Shown: positions 24,373 through 35,261 of the stretch, piece after piece
How positions within the stretch are numbered: the first letter of the stretch is position 1
Layout: every line of letters begins with the position of its first letter
Assembly (NCBI GenBank): GCA_964036045.1
Contig: OZ038379.1
Location: 32,860,001-32,924,000, forward strand
DNA length: 64,000 bases
Direction: 5' to 3'
Origin: Eutreptiella sp. 'Long Island Sound 2002'
Lineage: Eukaryota; Protista; Euglenida
The notes under the pieces: model-generated
What the model was told of the DNA's origin: nothing
Database searches by the model: none
Seen by the model: only the letters and a program-made list of their open reading frames with translations
Made by a program: the position numbers and the translations under genes

Positions 24373-26347
24373 TCATAGACCCAATTCAAATACAAGTGAT
24401 GCGTCAGACAAAGTGAGCAGTGAGTGACAGCAGTTGGACGGCAGAGTGGGAGGGCGTTGGTCAACAGGCTTTTTCACAGTGATGCTCTGGGGGGAGGGTG
24501 CATGCGTCGGATGGCGCGCGAGGCACTCAGATGGAGTGGGTGTCGCCCGCCGGTGGAATGCCTGTGAGGGTCTGTGCTCGGTGCCGTGCATATCGGTGGC
24601 GGTGTTCGGAAAGCCAAGGGGTCGTGGGAGGGCGCCAATGCGGGACATTTCGGGTCTGTCTGGGGTCTGTGTGCGGGTCTTGTTTTTTGCCGATGCCATG
24701 GGGATGAAGCCGAGCTGCGGCCAACCATGCGGGAAGCCCAGTCGCAGTGCATGGCTGCCGCCGCCTGCCCGGCGCTGCTCCTCCGCAATGGCTTCCTCAG
24801 TCAAGTTACTGCCCGTCCGGGGCCACACAAGCAAAATCCACAACGTAGATCCCCTCGTGGTCATTGTGTGACATGGTACCCAGGCAAGCCCGCATATGGC
24901 AAATGGCACCCTGGGATGCAAAGCCACCTGCCCAGTTGACTCTCACGAGCTGTGGGCTGCACGGCTAGCGCCGCTCAGCGCTTGCCCTTGCCCGCAATTT
25001 GGGTCAAGCACCCTCTGACCTTGTGCACGGCACGGGTCATGAGGCCCAAAGAACTGCGCAGGAGCATCCCTGAGTCTTCCGCATGTTTGCGTTCCTTCTC
25101 CTCCGAGTCAAATAGTGAACTGATCTGTGCTTGCAACTCCGGCTTCGTGATCTTTGTGTACCTAATGCAGCATGCAAGTACACAAATGCACACAGGTGTA
25201 GAAATGTACGGGTACAATATACCAACAGGTGCAGAACGGGGTATGCATAGAAGTGTGCCTCATACAGCTCAAAGGGAAATATAATTGTGAATGGGGATGT
25301 GTTGATAGTAGGCGTGCATGACATTTGGGGCGGTTGGGGCCATTTTGCTTCACGTTCTCTACTTCCACTGATCCCGTATTGGGGGGGGGGGGGGGCAGTA
25401 CTGCAGGGGAGAGGCAGCCCTACCTATGCGACAATTCTGAGTGTCTGCTTTTTTATTCGAACCTCCTTGTCCCTTGATACTCTATGACCGATGCAACTGC
25501 AATGGAGCAGTGGAGAGGATCTTGCTGCAACCAAGTCGCAAGAGGATCCAGCGTCGCCGGAGAGTTGAAATAGAGTAGTCAAGCACAGTAACTTGGTGGA
25601 CATTAAATCATGAGGTACATGTTCAAAACATTGTCGCCATCGAAGTTGCACGGCTCCAAGACTTTATTTTCCAGCTTTTGCCATTGCACGTGGTGCTTTG
25701 AGCGGTTGATGGGTTGAGTGGGTTGGTTCTGGGATAATATCCCAGATAACAAGCGCGGGCTGTGCATAAGCACCCTCACAGAGGGTGTCGTTTGATTTGT
25801 TCTCGTATGCAGGACAAAGCACCTGTCTTTAAACACACTCGGCACATGTCTTTGCAGGTTGTATCACATGGGTATGTTCCTGCTTACATAGGCCATAGTG
25901 ATGCAATTTTTGTGTATTTGTATGTGAATCAGGCACATTTCCCAACCATTTCTTCTTCCACAGTTGCATTTGACCAGGAAGAAGATGCAGTGCACTGAGA
26001 GTCAGTACTGTGGTATGGCACTAGTCCTTTTGTCATACTCGACTATGTGACCCCTGTGAGCCTTAACACCAACCTGGCCCTGTTCCTGACCTCCAGATCC
26101 ATACAATTGGCACCCAATACCCGCGAGCGATGAACAAAAGCTCAACAGTCGATGCCCAGCCGTGCACGAATTCGGCCTCGGACACAAATGTTGTAGCCGA
26201 GGGCGTGCGGCTCTGCATATAGTTGCAGACAAGCTCCGAGAAGATGCGCACGGCAGAGTGCAGCTGCAACATGTCGTAGACTTGAAACTTTGAGGATTGA
26301 AGGCGAGCCATCATGGGGTCTTTTTGGCGCTTGCGGCTGCTCTTCAT
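24373..26347 (-). CDS. Tentative 5-exon hypothetical protein (~400 aa): exons 26347-26091, 25994-25947, 25822-25619, 25161-25020, 24927-24373
   Basis: All introns are GT-AG with compatible phases (2,2,2,0) and give a stop-free join: MKSSRKRQKDPMMARLQSSKFQVYDML...WVPIVWIWS/ALHLLPGQMQLWKKKW/CFVLHTRT...DGDNVLNM/YTKITKPELQAQISSLFDSEEKERKH...RAVHK/VALHPRVP...FELGL*. No recognisable domain. Splice sites were hand-picked. Confidence 0.4.
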
Positions 26348-28399
26348 CTGCGGGAGGAGGGTGTGCTTTGAGGGCCAAACGGAGGACAGACCCAGCCTGG
26401 TGAACACACTAGTGAACACCGGAGAAGACAAGCATAACAACACCTGGAAACACAAAAGCATAAGAACAAGCAGAAGCATCACGAAAGCACAACCAGAAAC
26501 ATCACACAGGTGAGAAGCAAACACAGGCAAACAAAGAGATGCAGACATACACGAACCATAAAAAAAATTGCAAACCCAGACACAAACACAAACACATGCA
26601 AAAACATCAGCAAAACAAGCAGAAACAAACACAAGAAACAGCACAACTCCATACACTGACACACACACACAGGAGAAGGAGGAGGAGGAAGGAGATGCGG
26701 CCAATCATCCATACTGCTGGACATCCCTATGGTGCCGATGGCAGAATCGCCTGTGCCGATGCGCTTGGGGATCCAAGGGGGGCAACCCGTTTGAATATAG
26801 ACCCCCGACCGCGTGCGAGAACTTTCGGGGGTCTTGGGGGGTGGGGGGGGCTGAAGGAGGGTCCAGCTGGGGCAAAAAAAATTCATCCCCATACAAGGCC
26901 CAGAAGTTCCAGACACAACCGGCAAGTTCCCGACAAGGTTCCCAAAGAAAAATGGGAAAATAGGAAAAAGGGGGGGGGGGTGGGGGGAAATAGGGAAGAA
27001 TGGGGAAAATGGGTGGGGTATAGGGAAGAATGGGGGGGGAAATGGGAAAAAAAATGTTGAGACTAGGTGAAAATTGGGGGGGAATATTGGAAAAAACGAG
27101 GAGCAACCGGTCCCCGGTGTCTGGGCATGGCGTGGGTAGGTACGCGGGGCGCCTACTATCCACTCAACCATCCATGGGGCTGTCATCCCCTACCAAGAAC
27201 TTATTGTCGCCGGCTTTTGAAAAACAAAACATGCACAAATGCTAAGATATCCGAATCTTCACGCCACAACACCATTGTAGTGCAACAACATAGCCCATCG
27301 GTGACTGTCACGTTTCATGCTCTGCTGCCGTTCATCCCATACCCATTTCAGAGAGGAAAGCTGTGCTCTACCTCACATCAAGTCATAGGACAGCCAGTGT
27401 GCGGCTAGCAACATCATACAACAAAGGCCCTCAATAGCCCACCCTGTCCTAGTAGCACTAAAAACCACCATTTTCCACCTTTTTGGGGCTGGGTTGTCAC
27501 CATTTTCCCACTCAACTTTCCAAAAACGACACATTTTCACCAATTGTCCCCCATTTTCCCATACTTCAGAATAGTGATCCCTCACGGTTCCGGTAGTGGG
27601 AAATTCTGGTCCTTGCCTAAACGCATACCTCAAAATCAAATATTCAAAAACTGTTATTTTTGGAGAAAAAAAACAGTTTCCCCCTCCAAAGTGGGTTGGG
27701 GTAGTGCGGGGTGGGGGTCAAAAAAATTCTTTCATATTTTTCACATAGGTTTGAATTCTCATAAAATTCTGTCCATTTTGAGGTTACACACAGAGGGTGA
27801 AGAGCTTCCTTACCCCCTGCAGTTACCCCACACCCCGAACCCACACACAGGTTCCCTGCCAAAATCTGAAATTGCCAAAAATTGGGTCTAAGAACTTTGG
27901 GGTGGGAGGGGGGGGGGGGATTCTGAACCAGGGCGCCCCCGTTGTGAGCATCCTGATTGGTCCACGAACAACGTTGGAAAGAACTTTAGACCAAGTCGAA
28001 CCCATTTTGACCTAAGCTCGGTTGGGCCGTAGCCAAATGGAGCAAGCACGTCCATTTGGGTCATTCAAAGGGGTGGAGACCATGAAAAATGGGTCCGCCA
28101 TTGCACGGGGGGGGGGGGGGACAAAATTGATGACCTGATCATTTATGGAACGTTTTCCTTCCACAAGTACGAGGTGCAACAATTTTACCAACACACTAAA
28201 TGCGGGGAGACCGACGGACCTGTGATGCCCAAGGGGTATTGGAGGTGTAAATTGGTGGAAATGGACATGGGGTGCCATTAGAAAGTATAATAACATGTGA
28301 AATTCCCTGCATGTTGCCTTTTCAAGGGTGTGGTACGACATTTTTAGCCCATCTGGTGGCATATGGATGGATGATTGCTGCTCATTCCCGGTGGCATAT

Positions 28400-28760
28400 G
28401 GATAGTTGTTGTTCCTTCTTGGTGGCATGTGGGTGGTTCTTGTTAATTCCTGCTGGCATCTCGGTGGTTCCTGTCAAATCTTGGTGGCATCTTGGTGGTT
28501 GTTATTAATTCTTGGTGGCATCTGGATGGTTGCTGCTAATTGTTGATTGCACCTGGGTGGTTATCGTAAATTCTTGGTGGCATCTTGGTGGTTGCTCTTA
28601 AATCCTGGTGGCATGTGGGTGGTTGCTCTTAAATCCTGGTGGCATCTGGGGGCATGTGGATGGTTGCCGTTAATTCGTGGTGGCATCTGGGTGGTTGCTT
28701 AAATCTTAGTGGCATCTAGATGATTGTTGTTGATTCCTGGTTGCATCTGGGTCGTTGTTG
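28400..28760. repeat. Degenerate ~30-37-bp minisatellite (AATTCTTGGTGGCATCTGGGTGGTTGCT)
   Basis: GGTGGCATC/GGTGGCATG recurs about ten times. Confidence 0.85.
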
Positions 28761-29643
28761 TTAATCCCACCTTGTATGCTTTACCGGGTCAAATGGCTCC
28801 CGATGTCGGCCTGTGGAGAAGTGACAAGAAGCAACAAAATAGGCTAACACATGCAAGGAATAGCGAAGAGAACAATGAGACAGGAAGGGTTGTGCATGAA
28901 GTGGAGTTGAGTGTTGGATCGCCTTCGTAGGATCCATGTGCAGATTATGACCAACGCCATTATGCTTCTAATTCATGAATAAAATATGCATGCACAAGAC
29001 GATCCACATTATCAAATTGTTGAACTTTGGTATCCTTTCCCCATCACATGTCCTGAAAAACATGGCAGAGTACTCATTTGGGCCCATTGTTGACGACGTA
29101 CTACTCTAGGAAATCTTTGAGAACAAACACTTGTGTCGCACCACTTTCACCATTTCTTCCACAACTTAGTGCGAGGTACGACATGGTCCGGTTGAGTTTG
29201 AGTACTTCTGACCCCCCCCCCCCCCGAGGTGCACTAATTTGCCCCCAGACTTTTGCCCCGGTACCCGAGATATGGCCTGCCGGATCCACCAGAAAACGGC
29301 CCCCAAATCCCTTTTAGACGATCAAACCATAAAAACCAGTTGTCAACCAAACTTAAACTCGTTCGTGTTCTTGGTGTCAAAGAAGCTTGGTTCACCTTCT
29401 ACCCCACGCTATTCGAGCAATGCCCCAACGACACTCCAAATGGCGCAGAGTTTATGCAAGGTGGTCCAACTTTGACCCAACTTGGGTGGACCCAAATCTA
29501 GTGGCCATTGCCCTGGGCCGCCATCATGGAGTGTTCAACTGCAACTTGAGACTTAGCAATAGCATGGAGAGGTCGAAGACATGAAACTTGTGGCCGGCGG
29601 GGTGCCGCCTTGTCCTTGTAATTATGAATATGGATTGGAGAGC

Positions 29644-29800
29644 TTTCACATGGGTTCACGCCGTTTTTACATAGATTCCCACCGTTTTTACATGGGTTCC
29701 CGCCGCTTTTACATGGATTCCCACCACTTTTACATGCGTTCTTGCCGCTTTTACATGGGTTCCTGCGCCTTTTACATGGGTTGCCGCCGTTTTTACATGA
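29644..29800. repeat. 21-bp minisatellite, ~7 copies (TTTTACATGGGTTCCCGCCGT)
   Basis: TTTACATG recurs at 21-bp spacing. Confidence 0.92.
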
Positions 29801-29917
29801 CCAAATTTTGGTCCTAAAATGGCCCATGTTGAAGGGTTTGTTTTGTTTCAAAGAGCCAAAATGCTCGCCAATTGCTGAGAGCGGGCCAAAAGCGCTAGCT
29901 TGGGCATCCTAAGTGGT

Positions 29918-29966
<49 letters not shown>
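29918..29966. repeat. (TTG)n microsatellite, ~16 units
   Basis: Directly visible. Confidence 0.98.
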
Positions 29967-29968
<2 letters not shown>

Positions 29969-30246
29969 TACGAACAAAGCAAAACGCAATTCAGGCATAT
30001 TGTGGTTCCTCGCTGCTGTACCACGATCCACAACGGCGACATCGCCATAGAGACACATATTGTTCATCGGGTGGGCGGGAGGGCGCCCTACAGCTCATGG
30101 GCGGGTGGGTGGGCTTCCCTAGGCCAAATTTCAAAAACAATCTAGAACAAACAAAGCAGGCTAGTAAAAACCCAGTTAGCAAAGCTAACAGTCATTTTAC
30201 GAACAAAGCAAAACGCAATTTAGGCATATTGTGGTTCCTCGCTGCT
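29966..30246. repeat. 52-bp direct repeat pair (29966-30017 and 30195-30246)
   Basis: TTTTACGAACAAAGCAAAACGCAATT(C/T)AGGCATATTGTGGTTCCTCGCTGCT occurs twice with one mismatch. Confidence 0.95.
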
Positions 30247-30429
30247 TATCTTGTTCAAACCACCACGGGGGTGCACAATATATCTCACCACAAAGCCATT
30301 CCTCTCAGGATGGTCAAACTAGCGGCTCAGCTGATCCCAGGGCCATCGCTTCGAGGTCACATGGCGCCCCTCATCGTCCTTTAGGGAACCCCAAGACCCA
30401 AACAGGAGAGGGGACCCCTAGGAAAGCAC

Positions 30430-30918
30430 TTAAGGCCATGTGACGAACCTCTGCCCCTTTACAGGCCCGTGGCACAACCCCTTTCCACTCTCAGTCCACC
30501 CTCGAAAGACATTTAAATCCCCTGGAGCGAATTCTAGGTACACTGTGCTCACAAGGCGTTGTAGTAAGTAAAACAAGCGCCTAAGGTGCCTATTCTGGCG
30601 CTTTAAGCCCGCACCCGCACGGAGGGAGGCCACTTGTTCCAAGGCCGAGGAATAATCCCCAACCAAACGCCACACCGACCAACCCACATTGATGCACAAG
30701 CGCACCCCACGGATCAAGGCTTCGAGCTCCTCTTCTTGCTGGGTACAAACACGCGGGGAGCATGGGAACACCCTCCCACCCAAAACCGGCCCCCATACGC
30801 CGACTTTGAAATGATCGACGTCGTAGGCGGCATCCACATACAGAATCCCCCGACAGGCACCCAGGGTTAGGAGCAGTTGTGGGGCCCACACCCTAAAAGA
30901 CAAAAGGAGACAATGCAA
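30430..30918 (-). pseudogene. RNase H domain of the YR retrotransposon
   Basis: ILYVDAA (D), QQEEELEAL (E), VGDYSSAL (D; GDN-type) and EFAPGDLN (final P-A-D part absent) in DIRS-type RNase H order. Confidence 0.8.
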
Positions 30919-30926
30919 GAGGCTTT

Positions 30927-31700
30927 TCAGAAGGGAACCAAGGCAATTTTGGAGCCAGTTGGCACCCCACTGTCAGTGGGCCCACAATCCACCGAGAAAA
31001 GGGGCGTAACCCACAGCGGGTCGAAAACTCCAATGAACCGCCCCAGGATACGGCGCGCATGCTTGCGGGTAAGGGGCACGACGGCCGCACCAATCCAACG
31101 GCCCAGCAGGGCAGCCCCCCCGTCACCCTTGGAAAACACCCCCGCCCCGTCCCTGGACAGCACCAGCCATTTTCCCAACCAGTGTATCTCAGGCATTGGA
31201 TCCAATACACTCTTAGTACTGATAACCGCCCCTGCCTGTCTTAGCGCTGCACACAGGTTCTGGGCAACCGAACCCACCCTGAACTTTCCATACCCAACCA
31301 CCATTAAGGTCAATAGGACAAGCCAAAAGCGGTTTACCTAGGATCGCCAACAAGCGCAACTCGTCAAGCTCCCGCAGAAAAGGATTGCTCACGTGGTGCA
31401 AACAGGTACCGCCCAGGGAGAGCCGGCAGAGGCCCATGTTGTGCGCTGGTATAAGAAAAGCAAGGTCCTCGACAAAGGGCAAACTGAAGCGGGGTGGCAC
31501 GAAGCGCTGTTGTTCATTTAGGCGGACTAAATGCACGATCATTGAAGCCTTCATTTCATTTTTGGGGGTGGGAAACAGGTAGCTATCCGGCTTTCCAGCA
31601 AAAACCCCCCCATACACCGTCGGAGAACTCCGTCCCTGACCAAAGCACGTGCCATAATTAGGCCCTCATGAAAGATTTCTGGCATCTCACCGAAATCCCA
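30927..31700 (-). pseudogene. Reverse transcriptase, C-terminal part after the nested insertion; frameshifted, catalytic core apparently deleted
   Basis: YLFPTPKNEMKASMIVHLVRLNEQQRFVPPRFSLPFVEDL (RT domains 1-2) and LRQAGAVISTKSVLDPMPEIHWLGKWL (domains 6-7). No LPFG or YxDD motif lies between them. Confidence 0.8.
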
Positions 31701-32188
31701 AGATGTGACATCACATGGCGCTGGAACGCACAACATAGAAGGTAAAAAATGGAAGGAAAAAGCTGGGCATTTTGCAGGGGATTTTTGGAAACGCTTCGCA
31801 CTTGTGGTCACCAAATGGGACTCGTATCGCACGGTACATTTCACAAATCGGCACCAAACTTTCTTCCGAGCTACCCGGGGACGGTTGCCTGGAAGGTCCA
31901 TAGAACATTCCAAGCGATATGGGTTGTGTTTTGGGTCCAAGCGATATTGGTTGCGTTTTGGGTCCCGAGCTGGCTGCCAAAACTTCCGAGCGGTTTTCCG
32001 GGCAACCTTGAAAACTTCCAGGCGATTTTCAATTGAAATTTGCTACGTTGAGAGAGGGCAATGTTGTCCACCCATATACGTGACCCAGCAAAGCAACATG
32101 CAAAAAAGAAAAGAATACTTGTCCTTAATTGGAACTGTGAATGTTGTACTCCCCTTCACTGAGCATATGCACGGACCACCCGCTCCCC

Positions 32189-33613
32189 CTAAGTACGTAC
32201 AGCCGTACGCCAATACTTCTTGGGTTGCAGTTGAGGTTCATGGCTGTCATGCGATGATGATGAAGAATCTGACCCTGCGGCACTTACTGTAGAGCCGCCA
32301 GACACATACACATCATCATCCTCAAAATCATCATTCTCGGGACTGCTACTACTCCCACTGTCACTGGTGCTGCTGCTGCTGCTGCTGCTGGTGGTGCTGC
32401 TACTACTGCTGCCTTTGGGAAACACCAGTTGCTGCTCAATGTCGCTATCAACAATGGGGACGCGCAACAACTTTGCCTGCCTCATTGGTTGTACGCGTTG
32501 ATGGTCGCTTACATCACTTGGACCTTGAAATGAGGCAGCACCGTCCTCCGCCTCGGAAGCAGGAACCACAAGAACGGAAGTTGGGTTGGAATCCACTGGT
32601 CTGTGGATGGGCCCCACATCAGATTTACCCTTACCCTTATCCTTACCCTTGCCCTTGAGATCTTTACGCCGTGCGGCACAGGATTTGAATTTGGACCGGC
32701 TCTTCAAAGCCATGGTAGGCCAACTTTGGACAGCTTCCACCTCAAGTGGGACCCATTGACGTATACGAGGCTTTGAGCCACAACTCCCACACACACAAAC
32801 CACATCACTTTCCGGTTCTGCACTTGGAAAAGTGCATTTAACCGAAATGGTTGCTGAGTACATATATAACTTGCAGCCGCCTGCTTCTTGACAAGTCATC
32901 AAGTGCCGTAACAGGCGTTGGAAGACTGTCTGCCACAGTGCATTGGCAGCAACCATGCAAGCCTCCAAAACAAGGTTCCGATGGACAGGGTTCCAAATTT
33001 TGGCAGTGGGGATCTTCTTTTTCTTACGCAAAAAGTTTTCATACAGCTCATGCTTCAAACTTTCACTAATACTGGCATCCTGCCTAGTACTGGTCACGGG
33101 GGCATATCTTTTGGCCACCCGGAGATCCCGTTCCCCTGCCTCATCAGAATATAGCATCAGGGTCCGCGGGTTAAACCAAGTGTGGGACCACCCATGCATA
33201 TATAGGGTTGCAGCGCAGCCTTCTTCCGCAAATTCCGGAATGATGTGCACAATATATGTGTACACCAAACCCATAGCTTGCCATGCTGCAGTTGCCAATG
33301 TAGTGCAACCATAGCAGAGGTGTACTATGTGGCAGAAGGCCAAAACCAGAGAACGGAAGGGCAATGGGAGGACCATGCCCCCCGCCAATCTTCCCATCAC
33401 AGTGCGGGCCTCTCGGCCAGTTAAGCTGATGCCTACTTGGAACCTTCCTCCCACAAGGCGCTGGCGCTCCCTGCTATCAGGAGGCAAAGATCCAGGGTGG
33501 TATCTCCTAGCAACTTGAGCTATTACCTTCAACAACTCATGCTTGTACGGCTCGGGTACCGTCCGGCCAATAACACCAAGGAGTCTGGAGGCTCCTCCTT
33601 TGGTGTTGTGCAA
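32189..33613 (-). CDS. 474-aa ORF of the nested element; possible transposase-like C-terminal region with a Cys cluster and an acidic Ser-rich tail
   Basis: Longest ORF in the window. Contains LYMHGWSH...LYSDEAGERDLRVAKR (H-x3-H then E..E...K helix) and CQEAGGC/CVCGSC. Family assignment is uncertain. Confidence 0.55.
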   Translation of the reverse strand: MHNTKGGASRLLGVIGRTVPEPYKHELLKVIAQVARRYHPGSLPPDSRERQRLVGGRFQVGISLTGREARTVMGRLAGGMVLPLPFRSLVLAFCHIVHLCYGCTTLATAAWQAMGLVYTYIVHIIPEFAEEGCAATLYMHGWSHTWFNPRTLMLYSDEAGERDLRVAKRYAPVTSTRQDASISESLKHELYENFLRKKKKIPTAKIWNPVHRNLVLEACMVAANALWQTVFQRLLRHLMTCQEAGGCKLYMYSATISVKCTFPSAEPESDVVCVCGSCGSKPRIRQWVPLEVEAVQSWPTMALKSRSKFKSCAARRKDLKGKGKDKGKGKSDVGPIHRPVDSNPTSVLVVPASEAEDGAASFQGPSDVSDHQRVQPMRQAKLLRVPIVDSDIEQQLVFPKGSSSSSTTSSSSSSSTSDSGSSSSPENDDFEDDDVYVSGGSTVSAAGSDSSSSSHDSHEPQLQPKKYWRTAVRT

Positions 33614-34098
33614 TACTGAATGCCGTAACTTGTTTTGTGCTTGGAGGGAGTTGTCTTGCCAACGGCTTCCCTAGTGGTTAAACCCGGGATCTCAAACTTT
33701 TTATGCATGAGCATTGCCAACAACGTATCTTTGGGTGAAATGGCATACTGCTTAGGTGTGACCGCATCTAGAAAACCCCTTAACATTCGGGGCTCATTTG
33801 TCTCAGATGGCTTATGCCTCAGACATAGTGCCGCCAAGGCATGTTGAAGACGGGACTGCATGTCCCCGGGTTCAGGTAATTCCACATTGACAGCGTCAGC
33901 ATCAATCATCTCTGCCTCAAACTCCAAACTTCCTCCGACCTGGGGGCCCTTGGGGTCTTGGGGGCCCGAAGATGATGCACTGCCCTGACTGGCGTTGGAC
34001 ATGTCTATTGCGAATGCCGGAGCAGGAAGTGCAATGTCACACAAGAGCACAAGGTGCAGAGAGGCGCAACCAAAACAATGGAGACAAATGTTGTTCAC
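33529..34098 (-). CDS. 189-aa ORF of the nested element, probably the frameshifted N-terminal part of the 474-aa ORF
   Basis: Same strand, overlaps the next ORF by 85 nt, protein-like composition (MSNASQGS...LLAMLMHKKFEIPG). Confidence 0.4.
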   Translation of the reverse strand: MNNICLHCFGCASLHLVLLCDIALPAPAFAIDMSNASQGSASSSGPQDPKGPQVGGSLEFEAEMIDADAVNVELPEPGDMQSRLQHALAALCLRHKPSETNEPRMLRGFLDAVTPKQYAISPKDTLLAMLMHKKFEIPGLTTREAVGKTTPSKHKTSYGIQYCTTPKEEPPDSLVLLAGRYPSRTSMSC

Positions 34099-34520
34099 AA
34101 ATATTTGTAAGTACTGGGAATGGCACGCAAAGCATGTGGAAGCAAAGAAAGAAAGAAAACCCCTGAATGCCTCCTTCTCGAGCCGGGGAGTAGCTCGAGG
34201 CAGGGGTCTTCGGTCGTCTTACCGCATTTGGCCTAGTGTTATCTGACATAGGAAACGGACATCTATAGAGTGTGCAATTGACAAAAGAGACAAATCTTGT
34301 TCACAGATATTTGTAACTACCGGGAATGGCGCAAAGCATGTGGAAGCAAAGAAAGAAGGAAAGCCCCTGAATGCCTCCTTCTCGAGCCGGGGAGTAGCTC
34401 GAGGCAGGGATCTTCAATCGTCTTGCCGGATTTGGCCTAGTGTTCTCTGGCACAGGTAATGGACATCCACAGAGTGTGCATTTGGCAGTGGACACAAGAC
34501 ACAAATCTTGTTCACAAATA
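34085..34520. repeat. Two diverged ~205-210-bp tandem copies within the nested element
   Basis: ACAAAT(G/C)TTGTTCAC at 34085, 34290 and 34501. Both copies contain CTCGAGC-CGGGGAGTA-GCTCGAG. Confidence 0.9.
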
Positions 34521-34900
34521 TTGTTCATGGACCACCTTGCAGGCAACGCAGGCACCAAGCATCCAACTAAAGTTCCAATAGGTTCAAGTTCCACAGATGC
34601 CACCTAAATGTCTTGCGAGCGTTCAATGGAACCTCGGCTGGAAGGTCCCTAGAACATTCCAAGCGATATTGGTTGCATTTTTGGGGCTTGAGCTGGCTGC
34701 CAAAACTTACGAGCGTTTTTCCGGGGGTCGTACCCAGGCGTATCTAAATTGGGGGAAGCGACCCCACCGAAGCATATCGCATGCACCTCGGCGGGTATCC
34801 CCCAAAATTGCCCCTGGTGATGCAAGAATATTGCTCTCTCTTGCAATGTTCTATGCTAGGCACCGTTGGTACATGTGTCCTGAAAATCAACGGGGGCAAG

Positions 34901-35258
34901 GAAATCCCACAGGAACTCGGGAATAGGGATGTTGCCCACTGGTCCCAGCCCCCTATCAAGAACCGACGGATCCAGGCTCAAAAGTAGCGTCATTGGGGAG
35001 GTAGAGTCCCGAAGCACACATGACCAAACATCCCCCCTCAAGGAGTCGAGCATAGCGATCAGGCGCTCGTCGACATCTACCATACCCAAATCTCTCGCCA
35101 CACGCCCCCCCTTGGATGAACAAAAAACGGATCCGCCGGCACAGCAAGTCCGTCAGGGAAACGTTCAACCGTAGGGCATCAAAAATTTCTCCTAACCATC
35201 TCTGTCCTTGTTCCGACCGAAGTAAAGCCTCCACCGCCCTCTCACGGGGGGCCCTCAC
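34901..35258 (-). pseudogene. N-terminal part of the RT ORF, upstream of the nested insertion; frameshifted
   Basis: ALLRSEQGQRWLGEIFDALRL / ARDLGMVDVDERLIAMLDSLRGD...PIPEFLWDF; joins the RT at 31700 through the TSD. Confidence 0.65.
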
Positions 35259-35261
35259 TGT

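Larger units (their letters stand above)
31701..34900 (-). mobile_element. Unclassified 3,200-bp nested insertion inside the RT
   Basis: Flanked by the 9-bp TSD. It has no obvious terminal inverted repeats. It carries subterminal direct repeats (31889-32002 vs 34638-34725) and minus-strand ORFs. Confidence 0.85.
31692..34909. repeat. 9-bp target-site duplication GAAATCCCA (31692-31700 and 34901-34909)
   Basis: Exact direct repeat. Removing 31701-34900 plus one copy rejoins the RT frame as ...NIPIPEFL-WDF-GEMPEIFHEG... Confidence 0.9.

Noticed and set aside
23462-30486. 13-nt inverted match GGGGTTGTGCCAC between ~23463 and ~30470 as element termini
   Set aside because: Matches this short are expected by chance in a 64-kb self-comparison, and it does not extend.
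31701-34900. Helitron/Helentron identity for the nested insertion (terminal hairpin, asymmetric inverted motif)
   Set aside because: Those elements make no 9-bp TSD, and no Rep/helicase motifs are present.
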